62,719 nucleotides of DNA from Polyangiaceae bacterium (GTDB taxonomy: Bacteria > Myxococcota_A > Polyangia > Polyangiales > Polyangiaceae): positions 1 to 62,719 of the forward strand of contig JANRKO010000051.1 in assembly GCA_033763455.1 (NCBI GenBank). Reading direction: 5' to 3'. The notes beneath the pieces were generated by a model, which made no database searches, was not told the DNA's origin, and saw only the letters and a program-made list of their open reading frames with translations. Position numbers and translations under genes: made by a program. Below are positions 38,314-48,532 of this stretch, one piece after another. Numbering within the stretch: position 1 is the stretch's first letter; each line of letters opens with the position of its first letter.

Positions 38314-38988
38314 ATGTTGGAAAGCTCCGTCGTAGAGGTCGCCATTACAGACAGCCCGAGGCCACCAGGAACGCAAAGGCCAGGGCGGAGCTGTATCGGT
38401 TGTGGGCAACCCGGGTCGCGAAGCGATCTGGACCTGGTGCGCTTCGTTCTCGGCGAGGCCGGGACGGTGCACATCGATCTCAGGGGTCGTGCCTTCGGGC
38501 GTGGCGCTTGGGTCCACCCGACGCCAGCCTGCATCACGAGGGCGGCCAAAGTGGGGCTTTCGCGGAGCTTTCGCACGAACGTGAGCGCAACGGCTCCCGA
38601 GCTCATCGCGGCACTCCATGCCGCGATGCATCAGAGGGTTGAGGGGTTGCTCAAGGCGGGTGTCCGCTCCCGCAAGATCGTGGTCGGGTCCACCGCAGTG
38701 GCCGAGGCTTTCGGGCACGGCAAGGTCAAAGCGATCGTGGTCGGAAGCGACGCTCGGGCGGCGGCTTCGAGTCGCGAAGTGGCAGAAACCATCGCCGCAG
38801 GGCGCGCCATGGTGTGGGGGACAAAAGATCAACTCGGCAAGATTGCCGGTCGAACCGAGGTCGGGGTGATCGCGGTGGTCGACAGGGAGCTCGCTTTGGG
38901 ACTATTGCGCTGCTCCGCGGTTTTGCAGATGCCTGAATCAATGGTGCCAGAGAAGACGCCTAAAAGGATGAATAGGGTCGATGAGTAA
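38314..38988 (+). CDS. YlxR (DUF448)-L7Ae/YlxQ fusion RNA-binding protein
   Basis: RSCIGC..LVRFV..GRGAWV followed by KIVVG..IVVGSDA..TKDQLGKIAGR..VIAVVD. Confidence 0.85.
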   Translation: MLESSVVEVAITDSPRPPGTQRPGRSCIGCGQPGSRSDLDLVRFVLGEAGTVHIDLRGRAFGRGAWVHPTPACITRAAKVGLSRSFRTNVSATAPELIAALHAAMHQRVEGLLKAGVRSRKIVVGSTAVAEAFGHGKVKAIVVGSDARAAASSREVAETIAAGRAMVWGTKDQLGKIAGRTEVGVIAVVDRELALGLLRCSAVLQMPESMVPEKTPKRMNRVDE

Positions 38989-41827
38989 GTTGCGCGTCTA
39001 TGAAGTCGCCAAAGATTTGGGCCTTGAAAACAAGGCCCTGGTTGCATTGTTCCAGTCTGTGGGGGTCACAGACGTTCGGAATCACATGAGCGTTGTTGGC
39101 ATCGATTCGGTGGAACGCGTGAAAAGAGTGCTAGAAAAGCAGCACAGCGCCGAAAAAACGGTGGAGGAACGCATACGTCCGACGGTCGTAAAGCGTCGCG
39201 CTGCCGCCAAGCCCGCTGAGGGCGGGGAATCCGATGCCCCGGCGCAAACCGTTGTGGCTCGCGCACCCGAAGCCACGCGGCCAGCGGTCGTAGTTCGACG
39301 GCCAGCCGTTGATCCTACCCAACCCCGCGTCGCACCCGCGGCTGCGGGGGTTGCAGAGGTTCGTCCCCCTGTCCAAGCAGCGCCGGTGGCCGCGGTTCCG
39401 GAGGTCCCGCAAGTCGCTGCTCCTCCTCCAGCGGCGCCAGCCGTTGAGAAACCGGTGGCGCGTGAGAAAGCTCAGGCAGCTACCCCAGCGCCGGTGGCCG
39501 CGGCTGTTGAGCCCGCCGTCCTTGCGCAACCGAGCGTTTCAGAGGTGGAGGCGGTGCCAGCAAAGGTTGAGGCCGTTGTTGCGGCGCAGGAGCCCGCCGC
39601 CGCAGCCCCTGCCCAACCGGTTGAGCACCCCGTGGTGCCGCAAGCGCCCCCATCGGTAGCGGTTGCGCCGCCTGCTCCTCCTCCGCCGCCGCCTGCAGCT
39701 GAGGCAAGCCCAAGCCTTGCCCCAGCTACGCCCAGCCAGAAGCCAGCCGCACCGAAAACCGGCATTGATGTTTGGGAAGGCCGTCCAGGCGTGCCAATGC
39801 CACAGGTGCACCGGTCCACGGGTCCCGTTGCGCGTCGCGTCCAATACGACGCTAAGGCAGGCAATGTTGGCGGTCGTCCTCGACCAGGTGGCCCTATGGT
39901 GGGTGGCGGGGGGATGCCAAGCGGAGCCCCTGTTGGCGGAGGCAGTGGCTCCCGCGGCCCTCAGCAGCGCGGCGGCGGAATGCGGCAGCGCGGCCTCGGA
40001 TCGCTCGGGCGCGGCAAAGGCATGGGCCAAGCCGTTACTCAGGAGCGGTCAGCTCACAAGAAGGTTGTGCGGGTTGAGGAGTCTGTTCTCTTGCAGACAC
40101 TCGCGGGCAAGATGCAGATCAAGGCCACCGAAGTCCTCATGAAGCTCATGCGACTCGGGATGACCGGCGTTAACATCAACAGCACGCTCGATGCGGACAC
40201 CGCAAAGATCGTTGCGAATGAATTTGGCTGGGAAGTCGAAGACGTTACGGTCAGCGAGGAAGATGCCATCGTTGCCGCTCAGGGCATCGAGACGGTTGAG
40301 GATGCTGGCGGCGTGCATCGTCCCCCCGTGGTTACGGTTATGGGCCACGTCGACCACGGTAAAACAAGCTTGCTTGATAAGATACGTCAGGCATCCGTGG
40401 CGTCCGGTGAAGCCGGTGGAATCACCCAGCATATCGGCGCGTACACCGTAGAAACCAAACACGGCACCATCGCGTTCCTGGATACTCCGGGCCACGAGGC
40501 CTTCACCGCCATGCGTGCCCGTGGCGCCCAAGCTACGGACATCGTGATCCTTGTCGTGGCGGCGGACGACGGCGTGATGCCGCAAACTTTGGAAGCCATC
40601 AACCACGCGCGTTCTGCCAAGGTTCCGATCTTGGTTGCCGTGAACAAATGCGACAAGCCCGATGCCCAGCCTGAGCGCGTTCGGCGTGAACTGAGCGACG
40701 TAGGCCTCCTCCCCGAAGAATGGGGCGGGGATACTTTGTTCGCTGAGGTTTCGGCTATGACCGGCGCTGGCATCGACGGCCTGCTCGATCAGGTCATTTT
40801 GCTCGCTGAAATGCTTGAGCTGAAAGCCAATCCTGACAAGCCCGCATCGGGCGTCGTGATTGAGGCCCAGCTGGATCGCGGCCGAGGCCCTGTGGCCACG
40901 GTGCTCATTACCGATGGAACGCTGCGCCAAGGTGACGTGATCCTTGCGGGTGGCGCCTACGGCAAGGTGCGGGCAATGGTCACTTCTAATCGCACGAGTG
41001 TGCTGAAAGCGGGCCCGTCAACGCCGGTGGAGATCATTGGCTTGAACGACGTTCCGAGCGCCGGTGACCCCGTCTATGTCATTCGTGACATGAAGACCGC
41101 GCAAGGCTTGGCGGAATCTCGCAAGGTCAAAGATCGTCGCAGCATCGGACCAAGCAGCGGCGGTCAGCGCATGAGTTTGGAAGAGCTCGCGCGCGCCATG
41201 TCCGAGACGGACCGACTCGATCTCAAGGTGATCATTAAGGCAGACGTGCAGGGCTCGGTAGAAGCTCTCACCGAAGCCATCCAGAAGCTCGCGACGCCGA
41301 AGGTTAAAGTGAGCGTGGTTCACGTTGGCGTGGGCGGCATCACGGAGGGTGACGTGAACCTAGCGATTGCCTCTGGTGCCATCATCATCGGCTTCAACGC
41401 TCGCCCGGCTGGCAAAGCAAGCGCCCTCGCGCAGCAAGAGAAGATCGAGATTCGGCAATACAGCATCATCTACAACGTCGTGGACGACATCCGAGCAGCC
41501 ATGGAAGGCCTCTTGGCGCCTACGTTGGTGGAGAAGGTCATTGGTCGCGCCGAGGTTCGGATGACGTTCCGGATCAGCAAAGCTGGTACCGTGGCGGGTT
41601 GTATGGTTGTCGAAGGCATCATCAAGCGTGCGGCGGGCATGCGCCTTATTCGAGACAAAGAAGTCATCTTCACGGGCAAGGCTTCGAGCCTCAAGCGCTT
41701 CAAAGACGACGCACGCGAGGTCAAAGAAGGCTTCGAATGCGGTATTTCGCTGGAAGGCTACAACGACATCAAAGAGGGCGACATCATCGAAGCCTTCGAG
41801 ATGGAAGAGATCAAGCAAACGCTCTAG
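38981..41827 (+). CDS. infB: Translation initiation factor IF-2
   Basis: [30 protein letters not shown] and NKCD motifs. Long Pro/Ala linker. Confidence 0.98.
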   Translation: MSKLRVYEVAKDLGLENKALVALFQSVGVTDVRNHMSVVGIDSVERVKRVLEKQHSAEKTVEERIRPTVVKRRAAAKPAEGGESDAPAQTVVARAPEATRPAVVVRRPAVDPTQPRVAPAAAGVAEVRPPVQAAPVAAVPEVPQVAAPPPAAPAVEKPVAREKAQAATPAPVAAAVEPAVLAQPSVSEVEAVPAKVEAVVAAQEPAAAAPAQPVEHPVVPQAPPSVAVAPPAPPPPPPAAEASPSLAPATPSQKPAAPKTGIDVWEGRPGVPMPQVHRSTGPVARRVQYDAKAGNVGGRPRPGGPMVGGGGMPSGAPVGGGSGSRGPQQRGGGMRQRGLGSLGRGKGMGQAVTQERSAHKKVVRVEESVLLQTLAGKMQIKATEVLMKLMRLGMTGVNINSTLDADTAKIVANEFGWEVEDVTVSEEDAIVAAQGIETVEDAGGVHRPPVVTVMGHVDHGKTSLLDKIRQASVASGEAGGITQHIGAYTVETKHGTIAFLDTPGHEAFTAMRARGAQATDIVILVVAADDGVMPQTLEAINHARSAKVPILVAVNKCDKPDAQPERVRRELSDVGLLPEEWGGDTLFAEVSAMTGAGIDGLLDQVILLAEMLELKANPDKPASGVVIEAQLDRGRGPVATVLITDGTLRQGDVILAGGAYGKVRAMVTSNRTSVLKAGPSTPVEIIGLNDVPSAGDPVYVIRDMKTAQGLAESRKVKDRRSIGPSSGGQRMSLEELARAMSETDRLDLKVIIKADVQGSVEALTEAIQKLATPKVKVSVVHVGVGGITEGDVNLAIASGAIIIGFNARPAGKASALAQQEKIEIRQYSIIYNVVDDIRAAMEGLLAPTLVEKVIGRAEVRMTFRISKAGTVAGCMVVEGIIKRAAGMRLIRDKEVIFTGKASSLKRFKDDAREVKEGFECGISLEGYNDIKEGDIIEAFEMEEIKQTL

Positions 41828-41860
41828 CCCACGGGGGCTCTTTAGCTAGCGTTGGGACTC

Positions 41861-42244
41861 ATGTTCGTTGGAGTTGCTCGCTATGTTTTACAGATCCCCG
41901 GGGCTCGTTCGCTCAAAGATAGGCGCCAGGTAGTTAAGAGCTTGAAGGAGCGCTTGCGTGCGCGCCTCGGGCTATCGGTGGCTGAAGTGGGCGATATTGA
42001 GCGCTACCAAGTGGCCACCTTGGGGCTGGCGGTTGTTGGGCGAAATTCTGGCTTGTGTCGCGAAACCCTGGCGAAGGTGACTCAGATGGTAGGTACAGCG
42101 AAGGATTCGATCTTGGCCGATTGCCGTACTGAGATCATTGCGTTTGGCGCGGCGGGCAAAGGCCTGAAGGAAGGCCTTGAGACACTGGATCTGACGGAGC
42201 TCGGGGCTGCCGAGGTGAGCTATCCGGACGGAGAAACGGAGTAG
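41861..42244 (+). CDS. DUF503 (YlxP) family protein
   Basis: IPGARSLKDRRQVVKSL...SVAEVG. Canonical position between infB and rbfA. Confidence 0.9.
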   Translation: MFVGVARYVLQIPGARSLKDRRQVVKSLKERLRARLGLSVAEVGDIERYQVATLGLAVVGRNSGLCRETLAKVTQMVGTAKDSILADCRTEIIAFGAAGKGLKEGLETLDLTELGAAEVSYPDGETE

Positions 42245-42248
42245 TATT

Positions 42249-42668
42249 GTGGCAACAAGTCGTCGTCCATTGCGTGTAGGGGATTTGGTGCGCGGCTACC
42301 TGACGCAAGCCTTGCTTCGGGACTTCAGTGACCCGCGCTTGACTCAGCTCATCATTACCGACGTTGAATTGACGGACGATCTCGCCCTCGCCACGGTGAG
42401 GGTTCGCTTACTCGTGGAGAGCGGGAAGCCGCGGGAGCGCCAGAATGTTCTGCGCCAGTTGAGTGCCGCGAGTGGTCGCTTAAAGCGCGGTTTGGGGCCC
42501 GCCTTGGGTCTGCGTAAGGTGCCAGATCTCCGCTTCTTTTATGACGAAGGGATCGACAAGGCCCAACGTGTAAATCAGATCTTGAACGAAATTGCCCGGG
42601 AAAGCCCCACCGAAACGCTCGACGGTGACCGTACGTCGGACGCCGACGACCGCGACGACGGATCCTAA
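42249..42668 (+). CDS. rbfA: Ribosome-binding factor A
   Basis: DPRL..ITDVELTDDL and LRKVPDLRFFYD motifs. Confidence 0.93.
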   Translation: MATSRRPLRVGDLVRGYLTQALLRDFSDPRLTQLIITDVELTDDLALATVRVRLLVESGKPRERQNVLRQLSAASGRLKRGLGPALGLRKVPDLRFFYDEGIDKAQRVNQILNEIARESPTETLDGDRTSDADDRDDGS

Positions 42669-42977
42669 GGCCAGAGGGCGGTAGGCTGCCCCGCCAATGG
42701 CTTGTGCAGCGGGAAAGGCGGCCCCCCGCCCACGGCTCGCAGAGCGGGAGACGAGCTGCTCGATCAGCCAAGGTGTGGCAACGAATAGCGGGCGGCCCCG
42801 CCCATGACTCCCGCAACGGGAGGCATCAGGGAGGGGCGAGCTGCCGCCAGAATGGCGGCAGCTGGGGAGGGCACCAAAACTCTCTAAGTGGTCTGGCTCT
42901 GCATCGATGACACCGGCGAGCCAGGGACTTGGCGGAGGTGCCCAACCAGAACTGGGCTGAAGCCCAAGCCCGGCAGA

Positions 42978-45602
42978 TCAGCCGCGCTGCTTGATGATGA
43001 TTTGGACGCGGCGGTTCTTGGCCATGTTGGGCTCGGTGGTATTGGGGACCAACGGCTTTTCTTGGCCGTAGCCTTTGGCTTCTAGCCGCCCGCGCGCAAC
43101 CCCGAGGCGAACCAGCGCGTTGACTACAGATTCTGCGCGCTCCTGACTGAGCTTCAGGTTGTACGCGGAAGCGCCTGAATTGTCCGTGTGTCCCTGCACC
43201 TCCGCGAGCTTTACGTCAGGGCGCTCGTTCATGACCGTGGCAATTTCTTCCAAGAGCGCGAACGAATCCGGTGTGATTTCTGCTGAATCATGCTCGAAAT
43301 TGACGGATTTGTTGAGCTTGATCTCACGGGTGAGAACCACAACGTTCGGCTTGGCTGGGCGCTTATTCAGCGAAAGCCTCGCGTCCACGTCATTTTGCGC
43401 CTTCACCTCGAACTCTTGTGCGCCCATCATGTACCCGGGAGCTTCCACTGAAACGAACGCGCGCCCCGGGATAACATTCTCAAAACGAAAAGACCCTTGA
43501 GCATCCGTTGAGAGCTCTAGCTCTCGACCGAGCTTGTCTTGGATCTTGATGCGTGCGTTGGCTACTGGTGCTTGGCTCTCGCTATCAAGAACCGCGCCCA
43601 CTACGTTGCCCACTTTGGGCAGCGCTTCGAGCTCACATTGCATATCGAATACGATGGGTGCATTGGGGTTAACCGGAGGCGCGGCCGGGTTCGGTAGCGT
43701 TTGCCCAGGGGCGAGCGGCGCGCCCGGCTCGGTTGGACCATACCCTGGCTGCACGGGCGCCCCGCCGTAGCCGGGCTGCACCGGAGCTGGGCCGTAGCCC
43801 GGCTGAACCGGAGCAGTGGGTTGAGGCCCGTAGCCTGGCTGCTGTGGCTGGGGCCCGTAGCCTGGCTGCATCTGCCCGAAAGGGAGCCCAGGCATGCCGA
43901 GTTCGTTTCCAAGGCGTGGCCTACCAGATTGCGGGAACATCTGTGGATTCACCGGAGCCGCAGGCGGTGCGAACGGATTGGGATTCGCTGGAGCCATTCC
44001 GGGCCCCTGGATCGGTGCCTGGCCAGGTTGGATTGTGACGGAGCACTTGCCGTCCCGATAACCTGTCGCCGTAACATTGAACGAATAGGTGCCAGGCTCA
44101 AGATCGACACTTCGGAAGTGGCCGGTTGCGTCGCTGATCATGCCGGTGATTTCCCGGCCCTCGTAGCGAATGAGTGCATCGACCACTGGCGTCTGTGTGC
44201 CTTTTTCAACCACTTGGCCGTTCACCACGTAACGAGGTGCAGGTGGCAGCGGCTTTGCCACCTCTTCACTACTTGCCACTCGCTCGATGATGGGCTTCGG
44301 GGCTTGCGTGTCGAACGCGTAACCGAGGCCGAAGTAAAGATTCCAGGGTGACTCTGGGGCGACTTCCTCGATAAATTTCGAAGAACCACCGGTCGCGATC
44401 TCGACTGCACCGGTGAACTCTAGGCCGTGATCTTCCCACGGGTAAAGGCCAGCTCCGAGACCTAGCCGAGAAGGACTTGTCGCAAACCCTGCTTCTCGTC
44501 CAAGACACTTGTCCCCCACCTGGCCGGCGCGTGTGACGTTACACACGTGATTCTGTCGATTCGCAGGCAAATCGATGCTCCACTCCATGAACGGGCGGAT
44601 AACCGGGTGCACAAACTCGGTGCCGAGACCCACTTGAATGCTGTCAACCCGATTCACATCAAGGCCGTAGCGCTCAATTCGCGTAATGCGCGTGCCACGA
44701 CCCACCGGTGGCTGCTCGGTTTCGATAGGTTCAACGAGGTTCGCAGAATTATCGAACAAGTAACCGAAGTTTGCGTGAAAGCGCAGTGGGACCTGATCGT
44801 CCACGTTGGAACGGTTCGACAGATCGGCCGTGGCCAGGCCGCGAAGCCCAAAACTGGTTCCGCCGCCGTCTAGACCTACGCCGCCGGTGCCATTCAACAA
44901 GAAAAGATCGGCTTGGCCGCCGAATGTGAAGAGCTGATCGGGCTCCCACGGCATGAAGGCTTTGACGCCAAAATTAGTGTCCCCAAGGACTTGGAGCAGC
45001 TGCGGGCGACTGCGATTGTCTGAGGTGGCAGAATTGTGGAGCCCCAAATAACCTTCAAGAAAAGGTAAAACAGTTGCGGATGCAACAAAGTGAGCGCCGA
45101 CGCGCTCTACCTCATCCTTCTTTGAGGGAGCCTCCGTTGACAGCGTTGGGCACGTGGTCCCCGAGTTGCAAAGAAACCCGGTGCTCGAAACCCATGAACC
45201 AATGAACGAGGCGCGGAAGATACCCGGTGCGCCAGCGCCGGCTTCGGTTACGCGCAAAAGCCCCGTTGCGGCGCCTAGGCCACTGCGGATCCCGAGTGAG
45301 GTCTTGCGAAAGGCTCGCTCACTTTCGGTAAGGTCCGCCGCGGGAGCTTCATCCGCCTCTGGGGTGGTGCCTTCAGAGGCCAACCCGAAATCGACCTGAC
45401 TCGGACCACCGAGCTGCGCCGAGGCGCTCGCGTTCACAGAGGGACTCGCGTTTTGTGCGGGTGGCGGTGGGCCGTAGGCGGGAGCGGGCTGCCCCGAGGG
45501 GGGCGCCTGATAAGGATACGGTTGCTCCTGCGCTGCAGTGCGAGCGGCGAACGCGAGAAGCGCCAGCCCGGTCAACTGTGGTGTGAGAAGGACCCTTTTC
45601 AT
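42978..45602 (-). CDS. OmpA-family outer-membrane protein with carboxypeptidase-regulatory-like domains and Pro/Gln repeats
   Basis: Signal peptide, beta-strand region ending YFGLGYAF, C-terminal VQGHTD..NLKLSQERA..GYG..NRRV. Confidence 0.9.
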   Translation of the reverse strand: MKRVLLTPQLTGLALLAFAARTAAQEQPYPYQAPPSGQPAPAYGPPPPAQNASPSVNASASAQLGGPSQVDFGLASEGTTPEADEAPAADLTESERAFRKTSLGIRSGLGAATGLLRVTEAGAGAPGIFRASFIGSWVSSTGFLCNSGTTCPTLSTEAPSKKDEVERVGAHFVASATVLPFLEGYLGLHNSATSDNRSRPQLLQVLGDTNFGVKAFMPWEPDQLFTFGGQADLFLLNGTGGVGLDGGGTSFGLRGLATADLSNRSNVDDQVPLRFHANFGYLFDNSANLVEPIETEQPPVGRGTRITRIERYGLDVNRVDSIQVGLGTEFVHPVIRPFMEWSIDLPANRQNHVCNVTRAGQVGDKCLGREAGFATSPSRLGLGAGLYPWEDHGLEFTGAVEIATGGSSKFIEEVAPESPWNLYFGLGYAFDTQAPKPIIERVASSEEVAKPLPPAPRYVVNGQVVEKGTQTPVVDALIRYEGREITGMISDATGHFRSVDLEPGTYSFNVTATGYRDGKCSVTIQPGQAPIQGPGMAPANPNPFAPPAAPVNPQMFPQSGRPRLGNELGMPGLPFGQMQPGYGPQPQQPGYGPQPTAPVQPGYGPAPVQPGYGGAPVQPGYGPTEPGAPLAPGQTLPNPAAPPVNPNAPIVFDMQCELEALPKVGNVVGAVLDSESQAPVANARIKIQDKLGRELELSTDAQGSFRFENVIPGRAFVSVEAPGYMMGAQEFEVKAQNDVDARLSLNKRPAKPNVVVLTREIKLNKSVNFEHDSAEITPDSFALLEEIATVMNERPDVKLAEVQGHTDNSGASAYNLKLSQERAESVVNALVRLGVARGRLEAKGYGQEKPLVPNTTEPNMAKNRRVQIIIKQRG
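43737..43868 (-). repeat. Five coding QPGYG repeats
   Basis: QPGYGPQPQQPGYGPQPTAPVQPGYGPAPVQPGYGGAPVQPGYG. Confidence 0.9.
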
Positions 45603-45902
45603 GGATTGCTTTTCCTTAAAATGACCGCCGGCCGTATCCGGGGTGGTTTAGTTGCAATGGCCCGCGCCTTGTAACATCTTTTTGGAGCCGTCGAACCCTG
45701 GGGTGGCCCTCGTTTTGTGTTTCTGTCGCGAAGAGGTGTCCGGGCCCAGACCTTGCGGGTCATCCCGGGAGTAAGGCTTGGTATTTCCGTCGGCCTTTTA
45801 GCCAGTGGCGGCCCCGTCGGTCCTAGTACACTTTCGGCTAGGGTTCGCCCTCGCAGCGTTGTGCTGGCTTCGGCTAGACTTGGCGTGGAGCCGAGAATCG
45901 CT

Positions 45903-46856
45903 TTGTCTGAATTTTTGATTTCCGTAAAAGATTTGCGCAAGTCCTTTCGCCAGGGCTTCTGGATGCGTCGGGTGGATGCCGTGAAGGGTGTCTCTTTCGG
46001 AGTTCCGGCAGGATCCATTTTTGGGTTTCTGGGGCCGAACGGCGCCGGGAAGACCACGACCATCAAGATGTTGACTGGGCTCATTGCTCCCACGTCCGGC
46101 GAAGCAACGCTTTTTGGGCAGCCGATCGGCACACGTGGCGCTCGCGCTCGGCTCGGCTTCTTGCCGGAGAACCCGTACATCTATCCCTACCTTACGCCGA
46201 GGGAATTTGTGGAGATGTCTGCCCGGCTCAGCGGGTTGGCGGGTCGCAACATTCCGTCGCGTACGCGCACCGTTCTTGAGGAGGTTGGGATTTGGTATGC
46301 AGCGGATCGGCCAGTGCGGCGCCTCTCAAAGGGGATGTTGCAGCGGGCGGGGTTAGCGGCAGCTCTCGTTGCAGATCCTGAACTCTTGGTTCTTGACGAA
46401 CCTATGAGCGGGCTGGACCCGGTGGGGCGCAAGGAGGTTCGAGACCTTATTTTTCAGCAGCGCCACGTGGGCCGCACTATTTTCTTTTCGACGCATATTC
46501 TCTCGGATGTTGAAGTCTTGTGTGACCAAGTGACTATCTTGCGTCAGGGAGAGGTGGTTGTAAGCGGAGAATTGAAAACACTGCTCAAGGGAGACGTGCG
46601 GCGCATCGATGTGGTGCTGCTGGGTGTTCATGCGGGCTTTGAAGAGCGCGCCGCATCTCGTGGGTACAAAGCTCGCAGGGTTGGCGAGCGGCTCATTTTT
46701 GAGGTTGAAGGCGAAGATAGATTACCGCCTTTGCTAAGAGACGCCCTGGACGTGGGATTGCGAGTTGCCGAGGTGAACTCACGCCATGAAACTCTCGAAG
46801 ATCTGTTCTTGCGCGAAGCAATCGACGAGAAGCGGGAAGTGCCATCAGAAAGTTGA
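45903..46856 (+). CDS. ABC transporter ATP-binding protein (ABC-2, PilH-like)
   Basis: GPNGAGKTT, LSKGM and LDEPMSGLD motifs. Start at TTG 45903 or GTG 45885. Confidence 0.9.
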   Translation: MSEFLISVKDLRKSFRQGFWMRRVDAVKGVSFGVPAGSIFGFLGPNGAGKTTTIKMLTGLIAPTSGEATLFGQPIGTRGARARLGFLPENPYIYPYLTPREFVEMSARLSGLAGRNIPSRTRTVLEEVGIWYAADRPVRRLSKGMLQRAGLAAALVADPELLVLDEPMSGLDPVGRKEVRDLIFQQRHVGRTIFFSTHILSDVEVLCDQVTILRQGEVVVSGELKTLLKGDVRRIDVVLLGVHAGFEERAASRGYKARRVGERLIFEVEGEDRLPPLLRDALDVGLRVAEVNSRHETLEDLFLREAIDEKREVPSES

Positions 46857-46868
46857 TGCGCTGAGCAC

Positions 46869-48470
46869 TTACCTAGGGCGTTGCCGACTGAAGACTTGGC
46901 CCAAGACGGCGAGGTCAGCGCGGGAAAGTTCTCGCGTGATCACGAGGGCCACTATGTAGCCCGCAGCAACGAGGCCACAGAAGCCGACTGTGCCAAGCTT
47001 TCCTGTTGCGGGCAGCAGATGGGCCGCGAAAATAGTGATCGCCGTAACCCCAATAGTGCGCACCAGTGTCAAAGGGGCGACAACGCGGCCGACGGTGCGC
47101 TGTACCCAGAGTGCGGTGACTAAAGCTGCGACCAACAGACCGAGCGACGTACCGGTGGCGATACGGACCAATAGTTGTGCCCCAAAGGGAGCGCTCTCAG
47201 CGAAGGTAGCGGCGCCGAGCCCCACCGAGACAAGCCCCACAAGCGTGATGACGATATTGGCGCGCTCCTGGCGCAGGCTATTGAGAACGCTCACCATTAC
47301 CGCAAAAATAGCGAAGCACCCGAGCCCGAGCGACAATATTCCCAAAGCCTCCGCACCCAACTCTGAAGCCGGGGACGGGAACACGAGCCGCAAAAGTGCG
47401 CCAGAAAGACCAGATATGACGCTCACCAGTAAGCCAACAACCAGCAAGGTGAGCCGCATGCCTGTTTGCACGTAGGTTTGGATCTTCCGCTTGTCAGCGT
47501 CAGCATCCGCGCGGGCGAGCATCGGAAAGATCACAAACGTGAGCGCCACGAGTAGCTGAAAGGGCAAAAACCCAAAAAGTTGAATGGCGCGGTAGGCTCC
47601 TACCAGGGAATCCGCCGCACTCGCAGGAAGGCCAGCCTGTGTGGCGGCACGCGCAGCAAAGTACCGAACAAGGGTTAGATCGGATTGCAGGAGTAAATTG
47701 AACAGCATCTGCCCAAGGAGCAGAGGCACAACAAAGCGCAGGTGCGAAGCGCGTTGAAACCCCGAGCCTTGGCGGCTGCCCAGGCCAACGACATACACCG
47801 CACCCAACAACACGAGGGCGCTCGTGATTACAAAGCCTAAAATCGCCCCCTCAATGGTCGCTCCGCTATCCGGGGTATATACCAGCTTTCCAAGCCAGAT
47901 AGCGCCACCGATGAGCCCAAACGTGCGAAGCGTAGCCGATAGAATATCGAACCCCGCTTGATGTAAGAAGCGCTTCTCCCCATTGAGTGCGCCGATAAGC
48001 GGCGTGTAGATGGAGTAAAGAAAAAGCACCAAGCTGAGAAATCGCAACCCTGGTACGATGTGCGGTGCACCGATGGACTCGCCTATGAATGGCGCAACGA
48101 AAAAGAACACCAAAGCGGCGAATACGCCGAAAACTAGGTGGAGCTCCATCACGCGGCGGAGCACGAAGGGTTTATGCTCTGGCGCGGCGTGTGAGAGCGC
48201 TCGGCTAACGCTTTGGATCGACGTGGTGGTTATTGGATTGTAACTGATGCTCGCAATGGAGAGTGCACTCGCAAGTGCCCCGTAGCCGTCCATGCCAAGC
48301 ACCCGGGGCAGAAGGATTTGCTGCAGCAGCCCTGCTAGAATGAAGTAGGCTTTCGCAAAGGCGATGGCTAATCCACCGCGCCCTGCCGTGCGCGCCACGG
48401 CATTCGGATCAGCTGCTAGGCCCGAAGGCTGCCCCGACGAGCTTTCAGTTTCGCTTTGGGCGCCGGACAT
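46869..48470 (-). CDS. MOP-superfamily polysaccharide/lipid II flippase (Wzx/SpoVB-like)
   Basis: About 14 TM segments; LPRVLGMDGYG and VIFPMLAR motifs. Confidence 0.8.
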   Translation of the reverse strand: MSGAQSETESSSGQPSGLAADPNAVARTAGRGGLAIAFAKAYFILAGLLQQILLPRVLGMDGYGALASALSIASISYNPITTTSIQSVSRALSHAAPEHKPFVLRRVMELHLVFGVFAALVFFFVAPFIGESIGAPHIVPGLRFLSLVLFLYSIYTPLIGALNGEKRFLHQAGFDILSATLRTFGLIGGAIWLGKLVYTPDSGATIEGAILGFVITSALVLLGAVYVVGLGSRQGSGFQRASHLRFVVPLLLGQMLFNLLLQSDLTLVRYFAARAATQAGLPASAADSLVGAYRAIQLFGFLPFQLLVALTFVIFPMLARADADADKRKIQTYVQTGMRLTLLVVGLLVSVISGLSGALLRLVFPSPASELGAEALGILSLGLGCFAIFAVMVSVLNSLRQERANIVITLVGLVSVGLGAATFAESAPFGAQLLVRIATGTSLGLLVAALVTALWVQRTVGRVVAPLTLVRTIGVTAITIFAAHLLPATGKLGTVGFCGLVAAGYIVALVITRELSRADLAVLGQVFSRQRPR

Positions 48471-48532
48471 CCGCCGAAGTCATGCCCCAAGCATGGGGAA
48501 CTTTTCAATCGCTGGCTAAGCCTGGTTCAGGC

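Noticed and set aside
39066..41818. Multiple antisense ORFs within infB, e.g. 40049-40930
   Set aside because: Codon-bias shadows of IF-2.
42978..45602. TraB (outer-membrane exchange) identity for the OmpA protein
   Set aside because: No thrombospondin type-3 repeats and no adjacent traA-like gene.
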